DNA of 43,136 nucleotides from an uncultured Muribaculaceae bacterium (GTDB lineage Bacteria; Bacillota_I; Bacilli_A; RF39; UBA660): NCBI GenBank assembly GCA_964369155.1, contig CAYJEI010000002.1, positions 1 to 43,136 of the forward strand, read 5' to 3'. Shown piece by piece: positions 1 to 8,477 of this stretch (position 1 is its first letter; each line of letters starts with the position of its first letter). The notes under the pieces were generated by a model. It saw only the letters and a program-made list of their open reading frames with translations, ran no database searches and was not told where the DNA came from. The position numbers and the translations under genes were made by a program.

Positions 1-2
1 AA

Positions 3-80
3 GCAGCGCCTATAGTACAACCAGAACCAGTGATGCAACAAGCAGTGCCTATAGTGCAACCAGAACCAGTGATACAAGCA
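3..80 (+). repeat. Two tandem 39-nt coding repeat units (3-41 and 42-80), about 5 mismatches; may continue upstream of the window
   Basis: gcagcgcctatagtacaaccagaaccagtgatgcaacaa versus gcagtgcctatagtgcaaccagaaccagtgatacaagca, read directly. Confidence 0.6.
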
Positions 81-128
81 GCGTCAGTTCAAGAGCCGGT
101 TTCTAACGAAACATTGCCACCACAATAG
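3..128 (+). CDS. 3' end of a CDS entering from upstream of the window; Pro/Val/Gln-rich repetitive C-terminus (AAPIVQPEPVMQQAVPIVQPEPVIQAASVQEPVSNETLPPQ*)
   Basis: Frame 3 is open from the window edge to TAG at 126-128. Frames 1 and 2 contain stops. The peptide is repetitive. Confidence 0.5.
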   Translation, partial: AAPIVQPEPVMQQAVPIVQPEPVIQAASVQEPVSNETLPPQ

Positions 129-311
129 TAGTTAAAATTGTGTAAACTATATGTTTTTATAAGTAAAAATATAGTAAAATAATCACAAATCATGGAAATT
201 TCAAGGAAATTAGGCAAATTCTATTGATTTATGATTTTATTTTTGATACATTTATTGTGTAAGAACAATATAAAAAATCTTACGACTTAGAAATGTACGG
301 GAGGTATAAAC

Positions 312-584
312 ATGTCTAAAACAGAATTAGTAGAAGTAGTTGCTAGTGAAGCTGGTCTTTCTAAAGTAGATGCTGCTAAAGCAGTAGATGCTATGATAGC
401 TGGAATCACTGCTGGACTTAAAAAAGAAGGAAAAGTTGCATTAGTAGGATTCGGAACTTTCTCAGCTAAAACAAGAGCTGCAAGAGAAGGTATTAATCCA
501 CTTACTAAAGAACCACTTAAAATTCCTGCTAAAACAGTTGCTTCATTTAAAGCTGGAAGCAAATTAAAAGAAGCTTTAAACTAA
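312..584 (+). CDS. hup: DNA-binding protein HU (histone-like)
   Basis: 90 aa. MSKTELV...GFGTFSAKTRAAREGINPLTKEPLKIPAKTVASFKAGSKLKEAL is a textbook HU/IHF fold sequence. GGGAGG RBS lies upstream. Confidence 0.95.
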   Translation: MSKTELVEVVASEAGLSKVDAAKAVDAMIAGITAGLKKEGKVALVGFGTFSAKTRAAREGINPLTKEPLKIPAKTVASFKAGSKLKEALN

Positions 585-592
585 TATAAAAT

Positions 593-615
593 AGCATAAA
601 TTTATGCTGTTTTTT
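593..615 (+). terminator. Rho-independent terminator after hup
   Basis: AGCAT-aaattt-ATGCT hairpin followed by gTTTTTT. Confidence 0.65.
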
Positions 616-671
616 ATTGTGATTTTATATAATATATGTTATTATGATATTAAGATAAAGGAGTACTTTTT

Positions 672-2288
672 ATGAATATTATATTTAAATATAAAAAACA
701 ATTACTGTTAATTATTGGTGCACTTTTAATTATAACTTTTGGGCTTTCTTATGCATATTTTGGCGATCTAATTGGTCCAGGAGCAACAACTAACGTTAAT
801 ATAGCTTCCGATGAACAAACATCGCTTACCTTTACTAAAGGAGATGATATCAGTTTTAGAGTCAATCCAAACACGCTTCCAGAAGGTGGCAATAATTTAA
901 CATCAAGCACAATTTCTAGTGCAAAACTTATAGCGGGAGATCATGAAACTGGAGCAGTTACTGAAAACTATAATGTATATTTTCAAATTAAAAATAATAC
1001 ATTTATATACACATCACCAACTAATGAAGCCGAAATACTTTTAAGTATAACTGATCCAACAGGAGCAAAAGTAGTGATTAGTGGTTTAACAGAGAAAACT
1101 AGTGGTGGAGTAACTGGTTATGATATAACTACATTTAATGGATTACTACAAATAAAAGAACTTGAAGAAATTACTACAGAAACTACTATTACTGAAGAGT
1201 GGACTGCTACAATTACCTTTGCAAATTTACCAACTGATCAAAAAGATAATATGAGTAAATCATTAGAAGCTACATTTGTTCTACAAAAAGAAGGACTTAC
1301 CAGTGCAGAAATAATACTTGGCCATAATGGTGGTAAAGATTTTATTGAAGCTAAAACAGAGCCGGATTTTACTCAAATAGCTGATACAAACGAAGGAATG
1401 TTTGCAACAACGGATACATATGGAACGGCATACTACTATAGAGGTGCAGTAGATAATAATTGGTTATATTTTAATGGGATATACTGGAGGATAGTAAGCA
1501 TAGCTGGAAATGGTTCAATAAAACTGCTTTATAGCGGAACAACAGCACCAATAGAAAGTGAAGCAGTAGTTATGACTGGCGAAAAAACAACTATTGGAGA
1601 AGAAAAATTTAATACAGATCCACTAGATAATGCCTCTGTAGGTTACATGTACACACTTGGAGAAAGACAAGGATTAAGTGAATCTAGCATAATAAAAACA
1701 ACATTAGAAACTTGGTATACTACTAATATGGGTGAAGTAGATTCTCAAATAGCAGATAATGTATTTTGTTATGATAGAAGTTTGGCACAAGCCGGATTTC
1801 AATCTGCAAATTACGGATCAGAAAATGGTAGTTATACAGGAACCGGAATTGGAACAAGTCTAACACTATATGGAGTAGTAGAAAGAATAACAGCTTCTTC
1901 AAGTGATTTTATCAGAGGTGGAACTGGTCCATCTCTGATGTGTCCAAATAAAAACGATTCATATACTGTTAATGATATTATAAATGGAAATGGATCACTT
2001 TCAAATAAAGTAGGATTACTCACTACTGATGAAGTAGTAATGGCAAGCATAATAAATGGTTACCCGAATACTAGTAATTATTTGTATACAAATGATCGTT
2101 ATTGGTTGGGGTCTCCCTTCGGATTTTCTGCAAGCATGGTAGCTTTTACATGGATAGTGAATGATAGAGATTTGTATATTGAGGTTCCTGCTAGTGGTAA
2201 TATTGGAATTAGACCCGTAATTTATCTATCACCAGAAGTTAACATAACAGGAACTGGTCATTGGAATGATCCATATCAAGTATCTTAA
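672..2288 (+). CDS. Exported/surface protein, paralog family member P1 (TasA/camelysin-like SipW-type leader + conserved C-terminal YYYRG...WRIV...GIRPV...GTGxWNDPY module); function unknown
   Basis: 538-aa ORF with AAGGAG RBS. N-terminal K-rich + hydrophobic segment ends in LSYAYFGD. About 70+% identical by eye to 10489-12108, with the same architecture as 40448-41947 and 19993-21213. Confidence 0.9.
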   Translation: MNIIFKYKKQLLLIIGALLIITFGLSYAYFGDLIGPGATTNVNIASDEQTSLTFTKGDDISFRVNPNTLPEGGNNLTSSTISSAKLIAGDHETGAVTENYNVYFQIKNNTFIYTSPTNEAEILLSITDPTGAKVVISGLTEKTSGGVTGYDITTFNGLLQIKELEEITTETTITEEWTATITFANLPTDQKDNMSKSLEATFVLQKEGLTSAEIILGHNGGKDFIEAKTEPDFTQIADTNEGMFATTDTYGTAYYYRGAVDNNWLYFNGIYWRIVSIAGNGSIKLLYSGTTAPIESEAVVMTGEKTTIGEEKFNTDPLDNASVGYMYTLGERQGLSESSIIKTTLETWYTTNMGEVDSQIADNVFCYDRSLAQAGFQSANYGSENGSYTGTGIGTSLTLYGVVERITASSSDFIRGGTGPSLMCPNKNDSYTVNDIINGNGSLSNKVGLLTTDEVVMASIINGYPNTSNYLYTNDRYWLGSPFGFSASMVAFTWIVNDRDLYIEVPASGNIGIRPVIYLSPEVNITGTGHWNDPYQVS

Positions 2289-2298
2289 AGTAAAATAC

Positions 2299-2326
2299 TT
2301 GATAATTTAATAAAATAATTTATAAT
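2299..2326 (+). promoter_or_regulatory. Candidate sigma-70-type promoter TTGATA-16 nt-TATAAT for the 2401/2980 gene pair
   Basis: TTGATA at 2299-2304 and TATAAT at 2321-2326. The -10 runs into an (AT)8 tract at 2325-2340. Confidence 0.4.
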
Positions 2327-2400
2327 ATATATATATATATGAAAGAGAGGTGTAGCCAGTGTAGTGCTGGTGACTGAAGTTGGAAATAAAAAATAAAAAT

Positions 2401-2979
2401 ATGTTTAAAACTAGAAAAAATTTAATTATACATATAGTAGTATTTATACTTGTTATAATTGGATTTGTTTATTTAGGAACTTTAAATTTTAATGAAAATT
2501 TGGAACAAAATGAAATTTTTATTAGTGAATTTGACAGAGTACCTCTTGAAAACATTTATGAGTATAATAATGCTAGAGAAGTATTAGCTGCTTTAGATGA
2601 TACTGCAGTAATACTTCTTGGTAGTAAACTCAATCCATGGACAGAAGACAGTGCAATACTTTTAAATGAAGTAGCACTTGAAAATGGTATAGACAAAATA
2701 TTGTATTATGATTTTTTTGAAGATAGAAATATAAATAACGGAAATTATGAGCTTTTAGTAGAAAAATTAAGTGATTATTTATATACACTTGATAATGATA
2801 CTCAAGATCTTTTAGCGCCAACAATTATTTTTGTTAAAAATGGTGATATAATTTATTATAATGATGAAACTGGTTATGTTAGAGGTAATATAGAACCAGA
2901 AAAATACTGGACTGAGTCAAAAAAATTAGAATATAAAGCTAATCTATCAGCTGGTATAAAAGCTTACTTGGAGGAATAA
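2401..2979 (+). CDS. Membrane-anchored protein with a possible thioredoxin-like fold lacking the CxxC motif (NPWT in the equivalent position); function unknown
   Basis: The ORF is open from 2374. The ATG at 2401 (MFKTRKNLIIHIVVFILVIIGFVYLG) is preferred over the TTG at 2380 in the track. It has one N-terminal TM segment. The fold assignment is a weak impression only. Confidence 0.65.
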   Translation: MFKTRKNLIIHIVVFILVIIGFVYLGTLNFNENLEQNEIFISEFDRVPLENIYEYNNAREVLAALDDTAVILLGSKLNPWTEDSAILLNEVALENGIDKILYYDFFEDRNINNGNYELLVEKLSDYLYTLDNDTQDLLAPTIIFVKNGDIIYYNDETGYVRGNIEPEKYWTESKKLEYKANLSAGIKAYLEE

Positions 2980-3732
2980 ATGGATACATTTAAAAATAAA
3001 GCAGCATTTATCATGTTTGTTGTGATACTGCTAATATTTATCGTGGGCGGTTACTTTGGAATGAACTATTTTATTAATATGGAAGATAGTGAAAATGACA
3101 TCGAGCAAAATATAGTTGAGTCTGTTGATTATCGAATTGATAAAACTAAAGATTATATCTATTTAACAGATACTGATATAATTGTAAGTGGTATGAATAT
3201 CACTTTTGCTAAGATAAATATAAATCTAAGTAGTGCTAAAGATCTAGAAGAAAGAATCAATAATGAAGTTAATTCATTTTCAAGTACTGTGGTTAAAAGT
3301 GATACTGTAGAAATACCAGAAGAAACTGTTACATTTCCAAATCCAGAAGGAGTATATAGTGTAAGTTATAAAGATTATGAGATTATTGAATTTGATAGCT
3401 ATATTACACTTATAGATAAAAATTTTGATTACAATATAATAAATTATAGTACAGCTACTGGTCTTGAAGTTAATATATTTGATAAAAATACTGGTAATCT
3501 AGTAAATGAATCTGAAATATTAAATTTAAAAGGAAATACATTAGAAAATGTTAAAGAAGCTGTGAAGTCGAAACTAAATACATTAAACATTGATGGAGCT
3601 GGAATAAATATAGATGAAACTATAAATAATTTTGACTATGGAGTATACTTAAATAAAATAGGTGATTTAGAAGTAATTTACTTAGTAAAGTCGACAAATC
3701 AAAATTATTATGATACACTAGTTATTAATTAA
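2980..3732 (+). CDS. Single-pass membrane-anchored protein, unknown function
   Basis: 250-aa ORF. GGAGG RBS with the ATG abutting the upstream stop (TAAATG). N-terminal TM segment AAFIMFVVILLIFIVGGYF. Confidence 0.75.
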   Translation: MDTFKNKAAFIMFVVILLIFIVGGYFGMNYFINMEDSENDIEQNIVESVDYRIDKTKDYIYLTDTDIIVSGMNITFAKININLSSAKDLEERINNEVNSFSSTVVKSDTVEIPEETVTFPNPEGVYSVSYKDYEIIEFDSYITLIDKNFDYNIINYSTATGLEVNIFDKNTGNLVNESEILNLKGNTLENVKEAVKSKLNTLNIDGAGINIDETINNFDYGVYLNKIGDLEVIYLVKSTNQNYYDTLVIN

Positions 3733-3745
3733 AAAAGGAGAAAAA

Positions 3746-4276
3746 ATGTATAACGAAGAAGAAAAATTTAAAAAAGCAATATTAAACATGAAAGATAAAC
3801 TTGATACTTTAAGAGCAGGCAGAGCTAACCCTTCAATATTAAGTGGAATAATGGTTATTTGTTATGGTGCTCCAACACCAGTTCAAAGTGTTGCAAATAT
3901 TACTGTTTCTGACGCAAGAACTATATTTGTAAAACCTTTTGATAAAAGTATTTTAAAAGATATCGAAAGAGCTATAATTGAAGCTAACATTGGTATTACA
4001 CCTAATAACAACGGAGATGCAATAATATTAACTATTCCAGAACTTACTGAAGATAGACGAAGAGAATATGTTAAGCAAGCAAAAGCTATGGGTGAAGAAG
4101 GAAAAGTAGCTATTAGAAATATAAGACAAGAAGTAAAAGATATGATTTTAAAAGATGAATATCCTGAAGATGATGAAAAGAGACTTCTTGAAGATTTACA
4201 AAATTCTGTTAACAAATATAACAAAGTTGTTGATGAAGAAATTAGTTTAAAAGAAAAAGAACTTATGGCTGTATAA
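3746..4276 (+). CDS. frr: Ribosome recycling factor
   Basis: 176 aa. LRAGRANPSIL...ITPNNNGDAIILTIPELTEDRRREYVKQAK...VAIRNIRQE are typical Frr motifs. AAGGAG RBS. Confidence 0.95.
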   Translation: MYNEEEKFKKAILNMKDKLDTLRAGRANPSILSGIMVICYGAPTPVQSVANITVSDARTIFVKPFDKSILKDIERAIIEANIGITPNNNGDAIILTIPELTEDRRREYVKQAKAMGEEGKVAIRNIRQEVKDMILKDEYPEDDEKRLLEDLQNSVNKYNKVVDEEISLKEKELMAV

Positions 4277-4318
4277 GTTTTTTTCTATAATTGACACAAA
4301 TTAGGGAGGTATATATTA

Positions 4319-5818
4319 ATGATGATTAAATTGATAAAGAAAATAAAAAATGTATTTCTAAAAGATACAATAACTGACAAACAAAGAATAAAAAATTTTA
4401 TTTTAAAACTAGAACACAGCAAAGATTTAGCTGAAATTAATATAGACAATAATATTGAAAAATTTGGTTACGAGTGCACATTATACAAGATATTCATAAG
4501 TAATAGTATAATGTCTAAAATAGATGAATTAAAATACGTTAAGGATATTGTTGAAGAGTTTAATAAAAGAGATAAACAAGTAAATAAGCTTAAAAAAGAT
4601 ATGACAAAAACACACAAAAAGCTTAAGGGTGAAAATAATAAAGATATTATAGCAAAAAATCAATTGATGTTAGATATATGTAATAATAGCTTAAGTGAGT
4701 TAAAAGAATCAATAGAAATATATATAACAGTCTATGAAAAATTTTTAGCAAATAACATCACAGAAGATTCACTAAATAAATTATTAAAATTTATAATGTT
4801 TAGTGATGAACATGAAATAAACAATAAGCATATCAATACATACAAAAATATACCGAATTTGACTAATGAAGAGTTAGAAACATTTGATAAATTTGCTAGT
4901 GAATATAATGAAATTATTAAGCAAAAAGAAATATTAAAAAAGCAAAGTTTAAATGAAACAAATGTAGTAAAAGTTGAATATAAATTAAGTGCCAATAATA
5001 AAAAAGAAAATATTACAACTACAGATAAAAAGTACATTATTAATATTGACGAAGAAGAACAATTAAGGGATTTATACATTGAAAATAAAAGAAGTAAAAT
5101 AATATTTGATAATTTTTTGAATATGAATAAATTTGATGATATAAAAATTTTGTTTCCAAAATTTACCGATAATGACTATTTCTCTACGAAACAAGATATA
5201 ATAAGTCTGCTTGATAATCACATTGAAGAAATTAATAATTTACTTGCACTAGATGACGAGAATGAGTCACTTATCTGTACTGCTGAAATATTTGAGCAAT
5301 ATATGGACGAAGTTTGTGAATATTTTGAAAAGCAAGAATTGGTTGTTGATAGTAATACAAATGAAGTAAATAATAATGTTAATATTTTTTGTTCAGTTTC
5401 TCAAAGTGGAAAAAATTACATTTTAGATGATTTTGATAACATAGAAAAAGAAAAAAGAGAAGATGTGCAAATTCTTTTAGATAAACTCAAAAACAAAATA
5501 TTTACACATAATATTGCAAAACAAAGAAAATTATTTTTAAATAATCAAAATGGGGGAATATTTGAATTAAAAAAATTTGGTATCAGATTAATATATAAAG
5601 ATTTAGGAAATGATAATTTTTATATATTTATGATTTTCAGAAAAAATAATAATAATATTAATGAACATTCTAAAACAATTAATAACAGAATTACACAGTG
5701 TATGCCACACCTTAGAGAAATTCAGCAAAACATAGAAAATGAGGAATATGTTAATTTTGAGTTACAAAGAAGTGCTGAAGTTTTTAAAATTATAAACGAA
5801 AAAAATAATAAAAAATGA
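4319..5818 (+). CDS. Unknown 499-aa N/K/I-rich protein; long helical/coiled-coil N-terminal part and a C-terminal HigB/Gp49/RelE-like toxin-fold domain (inferred)
   Basis: GGGAGG RBS. C-terminal NGGIFELKKFGIRLIYKDLGNDNFYIFMIFRKNNNN resembles GGLRKIRV...RIIYYFLDEKRRFYLLTIYGKNE of HigB-2/Gp49-type toxins. Confidence 0.8.
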   Translation: MMIKLIKKIKNVFLKDTITDKQRIKNFILKLEHSKDLAEINIDNNIEKFGYECTLYKIFISNSIMSKIDELKYVKDIVEEFNKRDKQVNKLKKDMTKTHKKLKGENNKDIIAKNQLMLDICNNSLSELKESIEIYITVYEKFLANNITEDSLNKLLKFIMFSDEHEINNKHINTYKNIPNLTNEELETFDKFASEYNEIIKQKEILKKQSLNETNVVKVEYKLSANNKKENITTTDKKYIINIDEEEQLRDLYIENKRSKIIFDNFLNMNKFDDIKILFPKFTDNDYFSTKQDIISLLDNHIEEINNLLALDDENESLICTAEIFEQYMDEVCEYFEKQELVVDSNTNEVNNNVNIFCSVSQSGKNYILDDFDNIEKEKREDVQILLDKLKNKIFTHNIAKQRKLFLNNQNGGIFELKKFGIRLIYKDLGNDNFYIFMIFRKNNNNINEHSKTINNRITQCMPHLREIQQNIENEEYVNFELQRSAEVFKIINEKNNKK

Positions 5819-5836
5819 AAGAGATGAGGGATTTAG

Positions 5837-6769
5837 ATGTTTAAAGATTTAAAAGTTATATTTATGGGTACTCCTGATTTTGCAATGCCTACACTTAAAA
5901 TGCTGTATGCAGAAACTAATGTTATATTAGTTGTTTGTCAGCCAGATAAAGAAGTAGGAAGAAAAAAAGAACTTAAAGCACCCATAACAAAAGAGTTTGC
6001 TTTAGAAAAAGGAATTGATATTTTTCAACCAATAAAAATAAGAAGTGATTTTAAACTTATAGAAGATTTAAAACCAGATTTAATAGTGACAGCAGCTTAT
6101 GGTCAGATTGTTCCAAAAGAAGTATTAAATGCAGCAAGACTAGGATGTCTTAATATTCATGGATCACTTTTACCTAAATATAGAGGAGCAGCCCCTATTC
6201 AGTGGAGTATCTTAAATGGAGATAAAGAAGCAGGAATTACTTTAATGTATATGGATGAAAAGATGGATACTGGAGATATGATTGATAAAGCTAGTATTAA
6301 TATTGAAACAGAAGATAATGTTAAAACTCTTTATGATAAACTAAGTGTATTAGGTGCAGATCTTTTAAAAAACAATTTAGAAAGTATAAAAAATGGCACT
6401 AATAACAGAGTTGCTCAAGAAGAAACAGAGGCGAGCTATGCCAGAATGCTAACTCGCGAGGATGAGTTATTGGATTTTAATGAAAGTGTTTTAAAAAATT
6501 TCAATAAAATTAGAGGAATGTATCCTAATGCTTATACAATAATAAATGGAGACATTTTAAAAATTATAAGTGCTAGTTATAAAAAGTGTGACATTAAAGA
6601 AAGCAATATTATATGTGAAGTTAGTAAAGATATACTAGGGATAAGTGCTGCAGATGGTATAATTTATCCAAAACAAGTTAAACCTTTTGGAAAAAAAGAA
6701 ATGGATATAAAAAGTTATTTAAATGGCATAGATAAAAATAAACTCTTAAAGGCTAATGTAGGTATATGA
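5837..6769 (+). CDS. fmt: Methionyl-tRNA formyltransferase
   Basis: 310 aa. VIFMGTPDFAMPTL...LNIHGSLLPKYRGAAPIQW are canonical Fmt motifs. TGA stop. Confidence 0.95.
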   Translation: MFKDLKVIFMGTPDFAMPTLKMLYAETNVILVVCQPDKEVGRKKELKAPITKEFALEKGIDIFQPIKIRSDFKLIEDLKPDLIVTAAYGQIVPKEVLNAARLGCLNIHGSLLPKYRGAAPIQWSILNGDKEAGITLMYMDEKMDTGDMIDKASINIETEDNVKTLYDKLSVLGADLLKNNLESIKNGTNNRVAQEETEASYARMLTREDELLDFNESVLKNFNKIRGMYPNAYTIINGDILKIISASYKKCDIKESNIICEVSKDILGISAADGIIYPKQVKPFGKKEMDIKSYLNGIDKNKLLKANVGI

Positions 6770-6770
6770 T

Positions 6771-7388
6771 ATGGCTAATATAGTATTTGTAAATTTAATA
6801 ACTACAATTAGAGTTATTGGCATTATATTTTTATATCCAGTATACATAAATTATGGAGGAAGCAGTGCAGCGCTTTTAGCATTTTTTTGCTATTTATCTG
6901 ACGCTCTTGACGGATATTTAGCAAGGAGATTATATGCTTCAACATTTTTTGGTAGTTTATATGATACATTAGCAGATAAAGCACTTAACTTAATAAGTTT
7001 TATTATACTTTTTGATATCACATATTTAGTAGTAATACCACTGATATTTGAAATATTAATTATTATAATAAATATACTAAGATATAGTGCTAATCAAAAT
7101 GTTAGAGTTAAATTAATAGGAAGAATAAAAATGATTATTCTTAGTTTAACAGTGGTACTTGCATTTTTGTTAAGTGACATTTATAATTTTGAAAGCATAC
7201 ACTCATTTGCATATCTATTTTCAATATTAATAATCTTTGAAATTATTGCATTTGGTAGTTATTTAAAACACTTCGTTATTAATGATAAAAATTTTAAAGG
7301 AAAATCTAAACTAACAGTAGATAAAAAATGGTTTGACAATGAGTATTTTGAAAAGAATAAAGACGGAAGTTATAAAAATTTAGATTAA
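6771..7388 (+). CDS. CDP-alcohol phosphatidyltransferase family protein (PgsA-like)
   Basis: DALDGYLARRLYASTFFGSLYDTLADK matches D-x2-DG-x2-AR-x8-G-x3-D-x3-D. Polytopic hydrophobic protein. Confidence 0.85.
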   Translation: MANIVFVNLITTIRVIGIIFLYPVYINYGGSSAALLAFFCYLSDALDGYLARRLYASTFFGSLYDTLADKALNLISFIILFDITYLVVIPLIFEILIIIINILRYSANQNVRVKLIGRIKMIILSLTVVLAFLLSDIYNFESIHSFAYLFSILIIFEIIAFGSYLKHFVINDKNFKGKSKLTVDKKWFDNEYFEKNKDGSYKNLD

Positions 7389-7396
7389 GGCGGTTT

Positions 7397-8422
7397 ATGG
7401 AAACAACAGAAAAATTAAAAAAATCTATTGAGTATTATGATGAGTTATATAATACTAATAGTTATGATTATAATATCTTTATAACATATATACAATTATT
7501 AAAACTAGATATTAAAAATTATCATTTAATAAAAGAAATTATTGAAGATAGATTTGAAAAATATATGAATAATACTTTAGCTGTTGAAGAAAAAAATATT
7601 TATGTTCAGTTATATAAAAATATATTTTTTATGTATGCAGATGTTTGTTTATCATTAGGTTATTACAGTGAAGCACAAAAAATTCTTCTAGATATAAAGA
7701 AAGTACATAGTAGTGCCAATTATCAACTATTACTTCATTATGTAGAAACACAAAACTATGAAGGATTTTATGAAAATGTACCTAGTAATATAAATAAATT
7801 TACAAGTGCAGTAATAGTAAATTGTGAAAAACAAAGAGGAAATTACAAGGAAGCACTTGACTATTCTACAAAAAATTTTGAAGGAAATGGAAAAAATATT
7901 TTATCTCATTTAGAGCTTTTTATAAAAATGGATGATATGAATAATTTTAAGATAATTTATGATAAATATAAAAAATATTTGTTACATTTTCAAGTATTAG
8001 AATTATATAATTACTATGAAAAAAGAATTAGTGGCTTTTTTGAAAAATATGATTTTGATAAAGGATATTTAAAAGTGAAAAACAAACTTACTAGATTAGG
8101 TTTAGTGCATCCAGAAGTACATTTAAATCAAAATTATGATTTAAAAAACCTTTTTTATGAGTTTGAAAACATTGTAAAAGATAAAAATTTAAGACCATAT
8201 AAAAGTAATACTAAAGACCATTACCATCTTACACATGATGATTTTATTGGAACTGTTATGGGATATCCAACTAAGCATATATGCATAATTACTGAAATGA
8301 ACAAACCAAGCAATATCATAATGATATCACCAACTTTGTCTCATAAATTACTAAAAGTAGATGATGTGGCATATAAATTAGAAAGAGTACTAGATACTAA
8401 ACGTAATAATAAATTTAAATAA
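7397..8422 (+). CDS. Unknown 341-aa soluble protein, helical-repeat (TPR-like) appearance
   Basis: Long ORF with AAGGCGG RBS. Y/N/K-rich helical repeats. I recognise no motif. Confidence 0.7.
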   Translation: METTEKLKKSIEYYDELYNTNSYDYNIFITYIQLLKLDIKNYHLIKEIIEDRFEKYMNNTLAVEEKNIYVQLYKNIFFMYADVCLSLGYYSEAQKILLDIKKVHSSANYQLLLHYVETQNYEGFYENVPSNINKFTSAVIVNCEKQRGNYKEALDYSTKNFEGNGKNILSHLELFIKMDDMNNFKIIYDKYKKYLLHFQVLELYNYYEKRISGFFEKYDFDKGYLKVKNKLTRLGLVHPEVHLNQNYDLKNLFYEFENIVKDKNLRPYKSNTKDHYHLTHDDFIGTVMGYPTKHICIITEMNKPSNIIMISPTLSHKLLKVDDVAYKLERVLDTKRNNKFK

Positions 8423-8424
8423 TT

Positions 8425-8449
8425 AAAGATTTGTAGACAAATCTTTTTT
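8425..8449 (+). terminator. Rho-independent terminator
   Basis: AAAGATTTGT-ag-ACAAATCTTT inverted repeat followed by TTT. Confidence 0.65.
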
Positions 8450-8477
8450 ATTTTGATAAACTTAAAGTGGTGATAAT

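Noticed and set aside
287-562. 91-aa minus-strand ORF antisense to hup
   Set aside because: It is fully contained in the unmistakable HU gene on the + strand and has no RBS. Its Ala/Leu/Ser-rich product is typical of the reverse complement of a real gene.
2090-2215. Diversity-generating retroelement (DGR) targeting the hypervariable C-terminal patch of the P family
   Set aside because: The window has no reverse transcriptase gene and no non-coding template repeat. The P1/P2 differences in the patch are not adenine-specific. Ordinary divergence or positive selection is the simpler explanation.
2325-2340. (AT)8 dinucleotide tract as a phase-variation switch
   Set aside because: It lies downstream of, or overlapping, the -10 rather than in the -35/-10 spacer or in a coding frame, so slippage would not obviously switch expression. 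In a genome this AT-rich such tracts arise by chance. It is kept only as part of the low-interest leader observation.
1832-5079. Minus-strand ORFs 1832-2050, 2630-2824, 3883-4224 and 4732-5079
   Set aside because: Each lies inside a longer + strand ORF with an RBS and either recognisable homology or paralogs. They are low-complexity antisense artefacts of AT-rich sequence.
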